The translations under genes and the position numbers were made by a program. 47,610 bases of DNA from Alphaproteobacteria bacterium. GTDB taxonomy: Bacteria > Pseudomonadota > Alphaproteobacteria > Rs-D84 > SZUA-605. Below, in pieces: positions 17,760 through 26,700 of the stretch. Each line of letters starts with the position of its first letter. The stretch's first letter is position 1. The stretch lies in NCBI GenBank assembly GCA_003250835.1, contig QKJL01000031.1, positions 1 to 47,610 of the forward strand. The letters run 5' to 3'. The notes beneath the pieces are model-generated. The model had not been told where the DNA came from. It ran no database searches and saw only the letters and a program-made list of their open reading frames with translations.

Positions 17760-18479
17760 ATGAAATTAGAAACACGCGGTGTTTTGCTTTCTGTTCAACC
17801 ATTTTCAGAACATGATTTGATTGCTTCATTTTTTACTGCAGATCATGGACTTTTATCCGGTGTGATTGGTTTTGGGCAACGTGGTAAAATGAAGGATCAG
17901 TATCAAATTGGTAATTTTTTTGATATTTCATGGATGGCACGTTTGGAAGATCATTTGGGTCGTTTTAAGCTTAATTTTGTTCAATCCTATCAACAATATT
18001 TTTTATTTAGTAATTTGAAGTTGGCGTGTTTGAATAGTTGCGTTGTTGCCTTGAAATCATTTTTTCCTGAAAAGCAATCTTATCCTGATTTATATCATAC
18101 AACTCAATCTTTACTGGTGAAATCTTCTGTGTTATCTGATGAGGATTTTTTGAAGCTTTATTTTCAATTTGAATTAGAACTTTTGTCAGAACTTGGGTTT
18201 GGGTGTGATTTTTCATGTTGTGCTTTGACTGGTCGTAAAGATAATTTGGCTTATGTGTCGCCGATTACTGGGCGTGCGGCTTGTCGAGAGGCTGTGTCAG
18301 ATTATGCTGATAAACTTTTACCGTTGCCTGCGTTTTTGTGTGATGATAATGCTTTTTTTATAAAGTCTGATTTGAAAGATGCTTATGACTTGATTGATTA
18401 TTTTTTCAGAAAGCATTTTGAAGATGATGGACAGCTCTTTTTTGATATTCGTCAAAGATTATTAAAATTTTGTGCTTGA
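17760..18479 (+). CDS. recO: DNA repair protein RecO
   Basis: The RecO-like N-terminal OB region is GVLLSVQPFSEHDLIASFFTADHGLLSGV. A Cys-containing central region (CDFSCCALTG) is present, and the size is right (239 aa). Confidence 0.85.
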   Translation: MKLETRGVLLSVQPFSEHDLIASFFTADHGLLSGVIGFGQRGKMKDQYQIGNFFDISWMARLEDHLGRFKLNFVQSYQQYFLFSNLKLACLNSCVVALKSFFPEKQSYPDLYHTTQSLLVKSSVLSDEDFLKLYFQFELELLSELGFGCDFSCCALTGRKDNLAYVSPITGRAACREAVSDYADKLLPLPAFLCDDNAFFIKSDLKDAYDLIDYFFRKHFEDDGQLFFDIRQRLLKFCA

Positions 18480-18544
18480 TGCGCGGTTTTTGATTTGCTA
18501 TAACTTTTGTATCAGTAGAGATAAAATGTTAGGAGAAATCAATT

Positions 18545-20782
18545 ATGACAGCGAAAGTACAGCCTGTTGAAGTAATTAAAGATGAACAATTATCTGATGC
18601 TCTTTCTGAGCGTTATTTAAATTATGCTATGTCGACTATTATGGATCGTGCGTTACCAGATGTACGTGATGGGTTAAAACCTGTGCATCGTCGTTTGATG
18701 TTTGCCATGCGTGAATTAAAATTGCATCCGAAGTCAGGCTTTAAGAAATGTGCCCGTGTGGTTGGGGACGTAATGGGTAAATTCCACCCACATGGTGATT
18801 CTGCTATTTATGGAGCGATGGTTCGATTGGCTCAAGATTTCTCTGTGCGTTATCCATTGGTTGATGGTCAAGGAAACTTTGGTAATATTGATGGTGATGG
18901 CGCGGCCGCGATGCGTTATACAGAAGCGCGTTTGACTCGTGTGGCTGAAATCTTGATGGAAGGTTTAGATGATAATGCAGTTGATTTTACACCAACATAT
19001 GATGGGTTAGATCAAGAACCGCTTGTTATGCCGGCTGGTTTCCCAAATCTTTTGGCAAATGGTCAAATGGGAATTGCCGTGGGTATGGCGACGAATATTC
19101 CTCCTCATAACTTAGATGAATTATGTGATGCATTGGTTTATTTGCAAAATCATCCGAATGCAGAAGTTTCTCGTTTAGTTGATTTTGTGTCTGGTCCTGA
19201 TTTTCCAACTGGTGGGTTGTTGATTGATTCAAAAGAAACAATTATTAGCAATTATGAAAAAGGGCAAGGATCATTTACTATTCGTGCGAAATGGGAAAAA
19301 GAAGATTTACAATATGGAAATTATCAAATTGTGGTTACTGAAATTCCATATCAAGTTCAAAAGTCACGTTTGATTGAAAAAGTGGCTGAATTATTAGAAG
19401 AAAGAAAATTGCCTTTGATGGTTGATATTCGTGATGAATCTGCCGAAGATTTGCGTATTGTGATTGAACCTCGTAATCGTACAACTGATCCTCAGCTTGT
19501 GATGGCGCATTTATTTAAGTTGACTGAGTTTGAATCTAAGTTCAATATGAATTTGAATGTGTTGGATAAAAATCACGTTCCATACGTAATGAGTTTGAAA
19601 GATGCTTTGATGCATTATTCTGATCATCGTCGTGATGTTTTGGTGCGTGTGACGGAATATCGTTTATCTAAGATTGCGCATCGTTTGGAAGTATTAGGTG
19701 GTCATTTAGTTGCTTATTTAAATATTGATGAAGTGATTAAAATTATCCGTGATAATGATGAGCCAAAGCCTATTTTAATGTCTCGTTTCCAATTGAGTGA
19801 AATTCAAGCCGATGCTATTTTGAATATGCGTTTACGTTCTTTGCGTCGATTGGAAGAAATGGAAATTCAAAAAGAAGATCAAGCATTACGTGCTGAACAA
19901 AAAGAATTAAACGATTTATTAGGTAGTGATGAAAAAATTTCTTCTAAATTGATTGAAGAATTTAAAGCATTGAAAAAAGAATTTTCAAAGAAAACAGATC
20001 TTGGCCGTCGTATGACTGAAATTACTGAAGTATGTGAAGATATTGAAGTTTGTGCGGAACAATTTATTGAAAAAGAACCAATTACAGTTGTGATGTCTGA
20101 AAAAGGATGGATCCGTGCATTGAAAGGGCATAGTGATTTGGATGCTGGATTTGCTTTTAAAGATGGTGATAAGCAACGTTTTGCTTTCCATGCACAGACA
20201 ACTGATAAATTACTTGTATTGGCAGATGATGGTAAGGTTTATACTTTGGGAGCTGATAAATTACCACGTGGGCGTGGATTTGGTGAACCATTGTCTTTGA
20301 TGATTGATCTTGGTGCGGCTTATATTGTTGATTTATTTATCCATCACCCAAATTCTCAATTGTTGATTGCGTCTACATTAGGACATGGATTTGTGGTCGA
20401 TTCAGATACATTGATTGCTCAAACTCGTACTGGAAAGACTGTGTTGAATTTACCAGAAGGATCTAAGCCGGCATTAATGACTTTGATTAATGAAGGCGAT
20501 GATCGTGTGGCTGTTCTTGGGTCTCATCGATCATTGTTGATCTTTAATTTGGATGAATTGCCGAATCTTTCTCGTGGAAAGGGTGTGATTTTACAAAAGT
20601 ATCGTGATGCGAAAACTAAATTGGCTGATGTCATGACATTTAAGGCTGAAGATGGTTTTTATTGGGAAACAGGTCGTGGTAAGACTGTTGTGAAAGATTT
20701 CCGTATGTGGCAGGGAAAACGTGCTTCTGCGGGACATGCTCCACCAGCTGGATTTCCTAAGAGTAATCGATTTAAATCATAA
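18545..20782 (+). CDS. parC: DNA topoisomerase IV subunit A
   Basis: [57 protein letters not shown] and [11 protein letters not shown] (active-site Tyr). At 745 aa with no GyrA box seen, it is more likely ParC than GyrA. Confidence 0.87.
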   Translation: MTAKVQPVEVIKDEQLSDALSERYLNYAMSTIMDRALPDVRDGLKPVHRRLMFAMRELKLHPKSGFKKCARVVGDVMGKFHPHGDSAIYGAMVRLAQDFSVRYPLVDGQGNFGNIDGDGAAAMRYTEARLTRVAEILMEGLDDNAVDFTPTYDGLDQEPLVMPAGFPNLLANGQMGIAVGMATNIPPHNLDELCDALVYLQNHPNAEVSRLVDFVSGPDFPTGGLLIDSKETIISNYEKGQGSFTIRAKWEKEDLQYGNYQIVVTEIPYQVQKSRLIEKVAELLEERKLPLMVDIRDESAEDLRIVIEPRNRTTDPQLVMAHLFKLTEFESKFNMNLNVLDKNHVPYVMSLKDALMHYSDHRRDVLVRVTEYRLSKIAHRLEVLGGHLVAYLNIDEVIKIIRDNDEPKPILMSRFQLSEIQADAILNMRLRSLRRLEEMEIQKEDQALRAEQKELNDLLGSDEKISSKLIEEFKALKKEFSKKTDLGRRMTEITEVCEDIEVCAEQFIEKEPITVVMSEKGWIRALKGHSDLDAGFAFKDGDKQRFAFHAQTTDKLLVLADDGKVYTLGADKLPRGRGFGEPLSLMIDLGAAYIVDLFIHHPNSQLLIASTLGHGFVVDSDTLIAQTRTGKTVLNLPEGSKPALMTLINEGDDRVAVLGSHRSLLIFNLDELPNLSRGKGVILQKYRDAKTKLADVMTFKAEDGFYWETGRGKTVVKDFRMWQGKRASAGHAPPAGFPKSNRFKS

Positions 20783-20787
20783 GAAAA

Positions 20788-20812
20788 AGAGGCTTTTGTA
20801 GCCTCTTTTTTG
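20788..20812 (+). terminator. Terminator after parC
   Basis: An agaggc/gcctct stem with a 7-nt loop, followed by a T-run. Confidence 0.8.
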
Positions 20813-20817
20813 TATAT

Positions 20818-20845
20818 TTGACTTTACTTTCTTTTGTTGTATACT
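20818..20845 (+). promoter_or_regulatory. Promoter of the orphan ORF at 20877
   Basis: TTGACT (20818-20823), a 16-nt spacer, then TATACT (20840-20845). Confidence 0.5.
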
Positions 20846-20876
20846 TTTTTGTACTTAATCAATTAAATTATATTAT

Positions 20877-21350
20877 ATGAATCCAAACAATATTATTGTG
20901 AAGAAATTTCTGGAACGTTTTGGCAATCCTAAGGTGAAAATAGAATCTTTTAATGGCTTGCATATTCCATCTTTTATTGATCCTGAAACAGGTAAGAAAA
21001 CAGGTAGTGTTCATTGTGAAGCTTTGAGTGGGGAATGGTTAATTCATTTTTCTGCAACAGGAGAATCTTATTTATTATGTACATTTCCGGATCATCGTAC
21101 TCATTATGGGATTAGTACGATTGAGGATTTAAAAGGAAATATAAATTAAAAGCGTATTGGTGAATTTGGCGGTGATTATTATAAGTCAATTTCAGAAGTT
21201 GAAACCATCTTTTTTGATTCTAGGCAAACCCCTGATTGTGGTTTTTATTTTAAGGTAAAACCTTTTACTGAAGAAGAGAAAAAGCAAATGAAAGCTGAAC
21301 GTGATGCAGACTTACAGAGATTTGTGGAAAGAACGAAAGATTTTTTATGA
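20877..21350 (+). pseudogene. Orphan 157-codon reading frame interrupted by one in-frame TAA (21147-21149); possibly a 90-aa CDS plus a decayed remnant
   Basis: The track ORF 20877..21149 ends at a TAA. The same frame continues for 66 protein-like codons (KRIGEFGGDYYKSISEVETIFFDSRQTPDCGFYFKVKPFTEEEKKQMKAERDADLQRFVERTKDFL) to a TGA at 21348-21350, immediately before a strong terminator. No SD precedes the ATG. Confidence 0.4.
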
Positions 21351-21356
21351 AATTAT

Positions 21357-21393
21357 ATGTGTTGTTATTTTCTATAACAGCACATTTTTTTTA
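21357..21393 (+). terminator. Strong terminator between the orphan ORF and convergent radC
   Basis: A 12-bp stem atgtgttgttat/ataacagcacat (one G-T pair), loop tttct, then 8 T. Confidence 0.8.
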
Positions 21394-22083
21394 CCAGTTA
21401 TGTGTCCAGAATCCTAATTCTTTAAAGCTGACTACTTCATCTTTTCCTGTGATTAAGTGGTCATGCATGTCTATATCAACGGCTGATAATGCTGTGTAAA
21501 TCTTTTTTGTGAGTTCAATGTCTGCGTATGATGGGGCGGTACGGCCTGATGGATGGTTATGTAATAAAATGACAGAGCGTGCATGTAAATCGAGTGCTTT
21601 TTTTACTACTTCACGCGGATAAACGATTGCTTGATCAATTGTTCCCGTTGCCATGCAGACATCTTCGATGAGTTCAAATTTAGTGTCTAAGAATAAAATA
21701 TGAAATTCTTCATGTGCTTTATGTGCCAATGTTGAGCGGCAATAGAGTGTTAAATCATCCCATTTTTGTAGAATCGGTTTTGATTTTACTTTTTCTGATA
21801 GCGCACGTTTATTATATTCAGCAATGATTGAAAATAGGCTGGCTGCTCGAATCGATAAAGGACTTTCTTGTTCAATATTTTCTGGTGATGTGTTAAGTAG
21901 TGTGTTTAAGTTATTGAATCTTGCGAGTAATTCTTTTGCTATTGGTTTAACATCTCTGCGAGGAATCACATAAGTTAAAATAAGTTCAACTAATTCATAA
22001 TCAGCAATCCCATTTGGATTTTTTTGAAATTTTTCCAACAGGCGGGTGCGGTGTCCATGGTAATGAGGTTTTGTTTCAGTCAT
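21391..22083 (-). CDS. radC: RadC-family JAB-domain protein (UPF0758)
   Basis: HGHRTRLLEKF at the N-terminus and the VILLHNHPSGRTAPSYADIELTKKI JAMM-like motif. I prefer the ATG at 22083 (MTETKPHY) over the GTG at 22107. Confidence 0.88.
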   Translation of the reverse strand: MTETKPHYHGHRTRLLEKFQKNPNGIADYELVELILTYVIPRRDVKPIAKELLARFNNLNTLLNTSPENIEQESPLSIRAASLFSIIAEYNKRALSEKVKSKPILQKWDDLTLYCRSTLAHKAHEEFHILFLDTKFELIEDVCMATGTIDQAIVYPREVVKKALDLHARSVILLHNHPSGRTAPSYADIELTKKIYTALSAVDIDMHDHLITGKDEVVSFKELGFWTHNW

Positions 22084-22151
22084 TTTTTTATTATAAAAAA
22101 TAAGCACTTAAAGGACAAGATAAAAAAAATTAAAAAAAATAAAAAATGTTG

Positions 22152-22180
22152 TTGCTTTTTATTTTTGCTCTGTATATAAT
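22152..22180 (+). promoter_or_regulatory. Promoter for tRNA-Glu
   Basis: TTGCTT (22152-22157), a 17-nt spacer, then TATAAT (22175-22180). The tRNA 5' end is 18 nt downstream. Confidence 0.6.
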
Positions 22181-22197
22181 GTCCATCACTTAGTTGC

Positions 22198-22272
22198 GTC
22201 CCCATCGTCTAGCGGTTAGGACTCCGGATTTTCATTCCGGCAACAGGGGTTCGAATCCCCTTGGGGATGCCA
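22198..22272 (+). tRNA. tRNA-Glu (anticodon TTC)
   Basis: The sequence is GTCCCCATCGTCTAGCGGTTAGGACTCCGGATTTTCATTCCGGCAACAGGGGTTCGAATCCCCTTGGGGATGCCA. The acceptor is GTCCCCA/TGGGGAT (G-T at 1:72), the anticodon stem is CCGGA/TCCGG with loop TT-TTC-AT, the T-loop is TTCGAAT, and CCA is encoded. Confidence 0.93.
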
Positions 22273-22285
22273 CTTTTTTGAAAAC

Positions 22286-22308
22286 CTCCCATTTGGGAGA
22301 TTTTTTTT
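22286..22308 (+). terminator. Terminator after tRNA-Glu
   Basis: A ctccc/gggag stem with loop attt, then 8 T. Confidence 0.7.
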
Positions 22309-22392
22309 ATCTATTTTCATTTATTAAGGATTGATTTTTCTTTGTTTTTTCTTTATTCTTTTAAAGTGAGAGATTTAAGAGAGGAATTTTTA

Positions 22393-23166
22393 ATGCGTTT
22401 ATTTTTGGTATTACCCTTATTATTTATGACAACTTCTGTGTTTGCGGAACAAATTCAGTTTGAATTAGGTGTGAGTTCATATTCTCATGATTATGAAGAA
22501 CCTGGTTTAATGAAAGAAAGTGGTACGTTGACAGGGATTGATGCGTCTATTATTTATCGTGATGGTATTTTTGCTCAGTTATCAGTTGAAAATGGTAAAG
22601 GAAATGTGACTTATGATGGGACAGGTACAACAACAGATGTTCCAGATAACTTGTATGAATATCGTGCATTGATTGGTAAGGATTTATTGGCTGGACAATG
22701 GCGTGTTACTCCGTACCTTGGGTATGGACGTCGTTATTTGAATGATAACTCTCAAAGTATGATTAGCGATGAAAGTGGGATTGGGTATGAACGTCAGTCT
22801 GAGTATTCTTATGTGCCAATTGGAATTTCTATGCGTTATCAAGTTGCTGGGTGGGCACTTACACCGACTGTTGAATATGATTATTTCTTAGAAGGTACTC
22901 AAACCTCTTATTTGGGGTACTTAGATCCTATTCTGACTGGAACTTATCAAGATGTAACAAATAAGCAAAATGAAGGGATGGGATATCGTCTTTCAGTTAA
23001 ATTAACTAAATATTTGCCAAACAATATGGCGTTTGGTGTAGAAATGTTCTATCGTTATTGGGATATTGGTGATTCAGTTGTGTTTATTGATTCTGACTTA
23101 AATGGTTGGATGGAACCCGCGAATACAACGGAGCAACTTGGTATTCGTGCCTCTATGCAATTTTAA
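22393..23166 (+). CDS. Outer-membrane beta-barrel protein (family not assigned)
   Basis: The ATG at 22393 has an SD (agagagg). A signal peptide MRLFLVLPLLFMTTSVFA/EQ is present. The sequence has an alternating aromatic/polar strand pattern and a C-terminal ...IRASMQF ending in Phe. Confidence 0.65.
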   Translation: MRLFLVLPLLFMTTSVFAEQIQFELGVSSYSHDYEEPGLMKESGTLTGIDASIIYRDGIFAQLSVENGKGNVTYDGTGTTTDVPDNLYEYRALIGKDLLAGQWRVTPYLGYGRRYLNDNSQSMISDESGIGYERQSEYSYVPIGISMRYQVAGWALTPTVEYDYFLEGTQTSYLGYLDPILTGTYQDVTNKQNEGMGYRLSVKLTKYLPNNMAFGVEMFYRYWDIGDSVVFIDSDLNGWMEPANTTEQLGIRASMQF

Positions 23167-23182
23167 TTTAAAATGTTGAATA

Positions 23183-23214
23183 AAAAAATCCCTTCTTAAA
23201 TGAAGGGATTTTTT
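23183..23214. terminator. Bidirectional terminator between convergent genes
   Basis: A tcccttc/gaaggga stem (23189-23208) flanked by an A-run and a T-run. Confidence 0.75.
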
Positions 23215-23614
23215 ATTCGAGAATATATGTTTGTGTTATTCCATATAGATAAAATAAAACAGATGTCCAAAAGATATATACACTGATACGTGTCATCCAA
23301 CTGGTGCATTTTATTTGTGGACGATAGTGAATGTATCCAGAAATTAATAATGTGATTCCTGAGAAGATGAAAATATAATCTTTGTATTCAGCCATCCAAT
23401 GCATAAACATTGAAATATCGTGTCCTGGGATGCCTAATTCAGCTGCTAGGTCTTCATGTGTTTTGTGTGCTTTTGTTGTTAAACTGGATGTCGCAATTAC
23501 TGTTGATCCCCCTACAGATACTAATATAGCGGGAAGGGCACAGCAAAAGAAGTGACTCATTGGTGCTAATGTACCTAATAATGATAGGGTGCTTTTTGCA
23601 AGATTTTTTTTCAT
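23213..23614 (-). CDS. Small integral membrane protein with a CC motif in TM1
   Basis: The 133-aa protein has about 4 hydrophobic segments and SHFFCCALPAILVSVGG in the first. I could not assign a family; any resemblance to MerC/MerT-type CC motifs is weak. Confidence 0.5.
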   Translation of the reverse strand: MKKNLAKSTLSLLGTLAPMSHFFCCALPAILVSVGGSTVIATSSLTTKAHKTHEDLAAELGIPGHDISMFMHWMAEYKDYIFIFSGITLLISGYIHYRPQIKCTSWMTRISVYIFWTSVLFYLYGITQTYILE

Positions 23615-23732
23615 TTTTCCAATCCTTCTTATTTTTTAATATATTAGCATATTCTTATATTTGTTTCAATGCATCTTTTATTTATTCTTAAGGATATGAT
23701 TTTTTGTGTTTTAAATCAAGTTTGATTATGTG

Positions 23733-23760
23733 TTGACAGGATTTTATTTTTTGATATTGT
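23733..23760 (+). promoter_or_regulatory. Promoter of the orphan ORF at 23786/23828
   Basis: TTGACA (23733-23738), a 16-nt spacer containing an extended -10 TG, then TATTGT (23755-23760). Confidence 0.5.
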
Positions 23761-23827
23761 TCTGTTTATACTAAAAATTTTTATTATGAAATATATTGAA
23801 ACTTTATTGATTGCAGGAGCTAAATAT

Positions 23828-24259
23828 ATGAATGGTGAAACAAATTCAATTCGATTTGTTGGAAGTATTCATGGTCTTATGGAAGGTGTTTCTGGGAATA
23901 AGAATAATATTCATTGTCAGACAGATATTGTTTTAGTGAATACTTATCATCCAGATGAGTTTGCATCTAAGTTTCAATCGGCTTTTGATGAGTATGGATT
24001 GGAATTATGGTTTGCTGAACGTATATTAAATCGGGGGCCTCATTCTGAAAATTGGATTGATCGCGTTCTTGGGGCTATGCATAAACCAGATTTGGCCAAT
24101 ATTCGAAATGCTCGGACATTTGTTCAGAATGTTTTGAATCAGTTAGCTCATCCTGAAAAGTATAAGTTCTCTGGTGTTCCACTTCATTTACAAGAGATCG
24201 TCAAACAAGGGCTTGGTGATATGCCACTTGCTTCTTTGTTTCGTTATACTGAAGATTAA
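23828..24259 (+). CDS. Hypothetical protein (143 aa from ATG 23828; 157 aa if ATG 23786)
   Basis: The ATG at 23828 has an aggag SD 9 nt upstream, while 23786 has none. I recognise no family. Confidence 0.5.
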   Translation: MNGETNSIRFVGSIHGLMEGVSGNKNNIHCQTDIVLVNTYHPDEFASKFQSAFDEYGLELWFAERILNRGPHSENWIDRVLGAMHKPDLANIRNARTFVQNVLNQLAHPEKYKFSGVPLHLQEIVKQGLGDMPLASLFRYTED

Positions 24260-24264
24260 TGAAA

Positions 24265-24292
24265 AAGGCTTGTATTTTTAAAATACAAGCCT
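24265..24292. terminator. Bidirectional terminator
   Basis: A long palindrome, aaggcttgtatttt/aaaatacaagcctt, between convergent genes. Confidence 0.75.
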
Positions 24293-24300
24293 TCTTTATA

Positions 24301-25386
24301 TTAAGGTTGGGTAAGTTGGAATTCGATACGTCGATTGTATGAACGTTCTTCTGCTGTTTTTCCTGGGGTCACTGGTTGATGTTCTCCGAAGCCAGTTGCC
24401 GCCAAGTTTTTAGGGTTAATTCCTTTTGAAATTAAATATTCCACTACTGCAATTGCACGTGCTGTTGACAATTCCCAATTTGATTTGAATTTAGCTGATT
24501 TAATTGGGGCTGCGTCAGTATGTCCGTCTACGCGGATAATCCATTTTGTTTTTGATGGAATTTTTTTAGCAATTCCACGTAGTATTTTTGCTACGTTATC
24601 TAATTCTTTTTGCCCTGTTTCCCCGATTGTAGCTGAACCACTGGCGAAGAGTACTTCGGATTGGATCACGAAACGATCCCCTTTGATCCCTAAGTTTTTA
24701 TTGTCTTTTAGTGCAATTGTTAATTCTTGGAAAAATTCAGAACGATAGAAATGAAGTTCTGCTGTTTTGTTTGCTAAGGCACGGTTGAGGCGTTTGCCTA
24801 ATTCAACAATTTGTACTTCATTTTGTTTGATTGTTTGGTCAGCGGCGTCCAATGCTGCGTTTAATTTTTTCATCTCTACATTTAGTTCGGCAATATTTTG
24901 GCGAAGTTCCTTATTTGTGTTTTTTTGATATCCGATGATTTTATCAGATTTGATAATTTTACCTTCAAGCTCGCCTACGAATACATTCATTTTATTAATG
25001 TTATTTTGGAGTGTTTTATTATGTTCACGTTCTTGAAGTGCTTTTTTATGGAGAATTTGATAACTCTTTTTAAGACCTTCAATACGATCATCTTTAATAT
25101 CAAGTTCTTCTGATGCACGAATGAGTTCATTATTAAATTTATTAATTTGACGATATAAAGATTCTTTTTCATTATTAGCCGCTGTAATTTGTCGTTCCAT
25201 TTGCGTAACGCGTGCTACTAATTCTGTCATTTTTCCAGCATCTTTTGATGTTTGCATGGTTAAAAAGAATTGAGATAGGATAAATACAAACACTACGAAG
25301 AGTAAGAGTACTACTAGGTTTGAGAATAAATCTACGAACCCAGACCAAGAATTGTCCACGAAAGGTGAGTTAAAACGTGTTTTCAT
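24301..25386 (-). CDS. MotB/OmpA-like stator B-subunit with ~190-aa coiled-coil spacer
   Basis: The N-terminal TM carries a conserved Asp (NSWSGFVDLFSNLVVLLLFVV). A long heptad-like region follows (ELVARVTQMERQITAANNEKESLYRQINKFNNELIRASEEL...). The C-terminal OmpA-like PG-binding domain has RVDGHTDAAPI, NWELSTARAIAVVEYL and NRRIEFQL. Confidence 0.85.
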   Translation of the reverse strand: MKTRFNSPFVDNSWSGFVDLFSNLVVLLLFVVFVFILSQFFLTMQTSKDAGKMTELVARVTQMERQITAANNEKESLYRQINKFNNELIRASEELDIKDDRIEGLKKSYQILHKKALQEREHNKTLQNNINKMNVFVGELEGKIIKSDKIIGYQKNTNKELRQNIAELNVEMKKLNAALDAADQTIKQNEVQIVELGKRLNRALANKTAELHFYRSEFFQELTIALKDNKNLGIKGDRFVIQSEVLFASGSATIGETGQKELDNVAKILRGIAKKIPSKTKWIIRVDGHTDAAPIKSAKFKSNWELSTARAIAVVEYLISKGINPKNLAATGFGEHQPVTPGKTAEERSYNRRIEFQLTQP

Positions 25387-26520
25387 CTATTCTTCTGTTT
25401 TATTCTTTTTTGCAGGTTTTGTTTTTTCAATTGCGATTGTTTTTGCAAGGACTTTTAAATCATTTGATAATTGTGTTGTCATTGTTTTAATATTTGTATC
25501 AATTGATTTGATATTATTTTTTGTAGGTGTGTCCATTCCAAGATTTTCAGATAATTGGTTTAATTTATCAATCATTGGTGTTAGTGATTGGTAACTTTTG
25601 GCAATTGATTCAATTCCACTGAGATCGTTTTTCATGCTGGTTGATACGTTGATAAGACTTTTTGCCATTGATTCCATTGTCGCATTGGTTTGTTGACTGT
25701 TTTCTTCACTACGGAGTACTGCTGTTTCTAAACGATTTAATGTATCGCCTGTTTGTTCAAGGAGAGCTTGTAGGTATGAAAAAATACTATCTTCGCCTTT
25801 TGCGCCTTTAATTCCACCACTGATACGTGTTAATGATGATAGTTTTTCTTCGATTAGATTGTAAAAGTCATTTTGTGCTTGGTTTACTTGGAGTGTTAAG
25901 AACCCAAGGATTAACGAAGCAGATAATCCAAGTAAAGATGATGAGAAGGCCACGCCCATTCCTGATAATGGCGTTGCTAAGTCTTCTTTTAATGATTGAA
26001 ACACTAATTCAAAATCAGTTGTATTGAAAGCTAGGTTATTTACTACGTTTGCGATTGATCCAATTGTCATGAGCAATCCAAAGAATGTTCCCAATAGTCC
26101 CAAGAAGATTAATACGTTTACAAAGTAACGTGCAGTATCTTTGTAGTCTTGTAGACGAGAGCCTGTGATATCTAAGATTGATTGTAAAGAACCAGATGAT
26201 AGGTATGGTGTTGATTTTCCTTGATGCCCACGTAAAATTTCCGCCAATGGGTTTAAAAGCTTTGGTGCAAAGTTTATGCCTAATTTACGTGTTGATAGGA
26301 AGTTCTTTAACCAATCCATTTCTGGGATTAAAATAAGTACATTTTGATATGATCGTACGACTGCTGTGATAAATACCAATATAATGATTGAGTTTAATTC
26401 TACATTTGCTGAGAATATTTGTATAAACTGAGGAATAAACGTTAAGAAGATCCCAGCGATTACAGCTAGAAACACGGTCATTTTGATTAGATATTTTTTT
26501 GCGAAGCTTTGAGCGAACAT
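25387..26520 (-). CDS. MotA/TolQ/ExbB-family proton-channel protein with ~150-aa helical C-terminal tail
   Basis: Hydrophobic helices include the family signature FLGLLGTFFGLLMT and GMGVAFSSSLLGLSASLILGFLTL. The C-terminal tail is S/N/K/T-rich and predicted helical. Its stop abuts the start of the B-subunit gene. Confidence 0.85.
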   Translation of the reverse strand: MFAQSFAKKYLIKMTVFLAVIAGIFLTFIPQFIQIFSANVELNSIIILVFITAVVRSYQNVLILIPEMDWLKNFLSTRKLGINFAPKLLNPLAEILRGHQGKSTPYLSSGSLQSILDITGSRLQDYKDTARYFVNVLIFLGLLGTFFGLLMTIGSIANVVNNLAFNTTDFELVFQSLKEDLATPLSGMGVAFSSSLLGLSASLILGFLTLQVNQAQNDFYNLIEEKLSSLTRISGGIKGAKGEDSIFSYLQALLEQTGDTLNRLETAVLRSEENSQQTNATMESMAKSLINVSTSMKNDLSGIESIAKSYQSLTPMIDKLNQLSENLGMDTPTKNNIKSIDTNIKTMTTQLSNDLKVLAKTIAIEKTKPAKKNKTEE

Positions 26521-26700
26521 ATATTTACCTTATATCTTGTGATTTTTATTGTCTTTTGTTCGCTTTTTTTAGCGTAGATTCTTTAATTTGTCAATGTTTT
26601 TAATCATTTCTTTTTCAGTGTTTTTTTATGAACAGTACTGGACAAAGCTGTTTATAAATGCTAAGTTGAAGGGAGAAGTGAGATAAAAAAGGAGACGGTC

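Noticed and set aside
9414-22272. tRNA-Cys or tRNA-Glu as integration sites of a genomic island or prophage
   Set aside because: No integrase, transposase, phage genes or direct repeats of the tRNA 3' ends are visible near either tRNA. The flanking genes are housekeeping genes.
25340-25360. DnaA-box-like sequence (ttgtccacg), raising the possibility of a replication origin
   Set aside because: It is a single imperfect box inside a coding region. There is no cluster of boxes, no AT-rich unwinding element context, and no dnaA, hemE or other origin-linked genes nearby.
24301-26520. Zorya (ZorAB) anti-phage defence system
   Set aside because: The A-subunit is only 377 aa, with a ~150-aa tail, whereas I recall ZorA being about 700 aa. 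No ZorC/ZorD/ZorE-like helicase or nuclease genes are adjacent. The flanks are an orphan ORF and a secreted protein. I therefore keep it as an unclassified stator pair rather than calling it Zorya.
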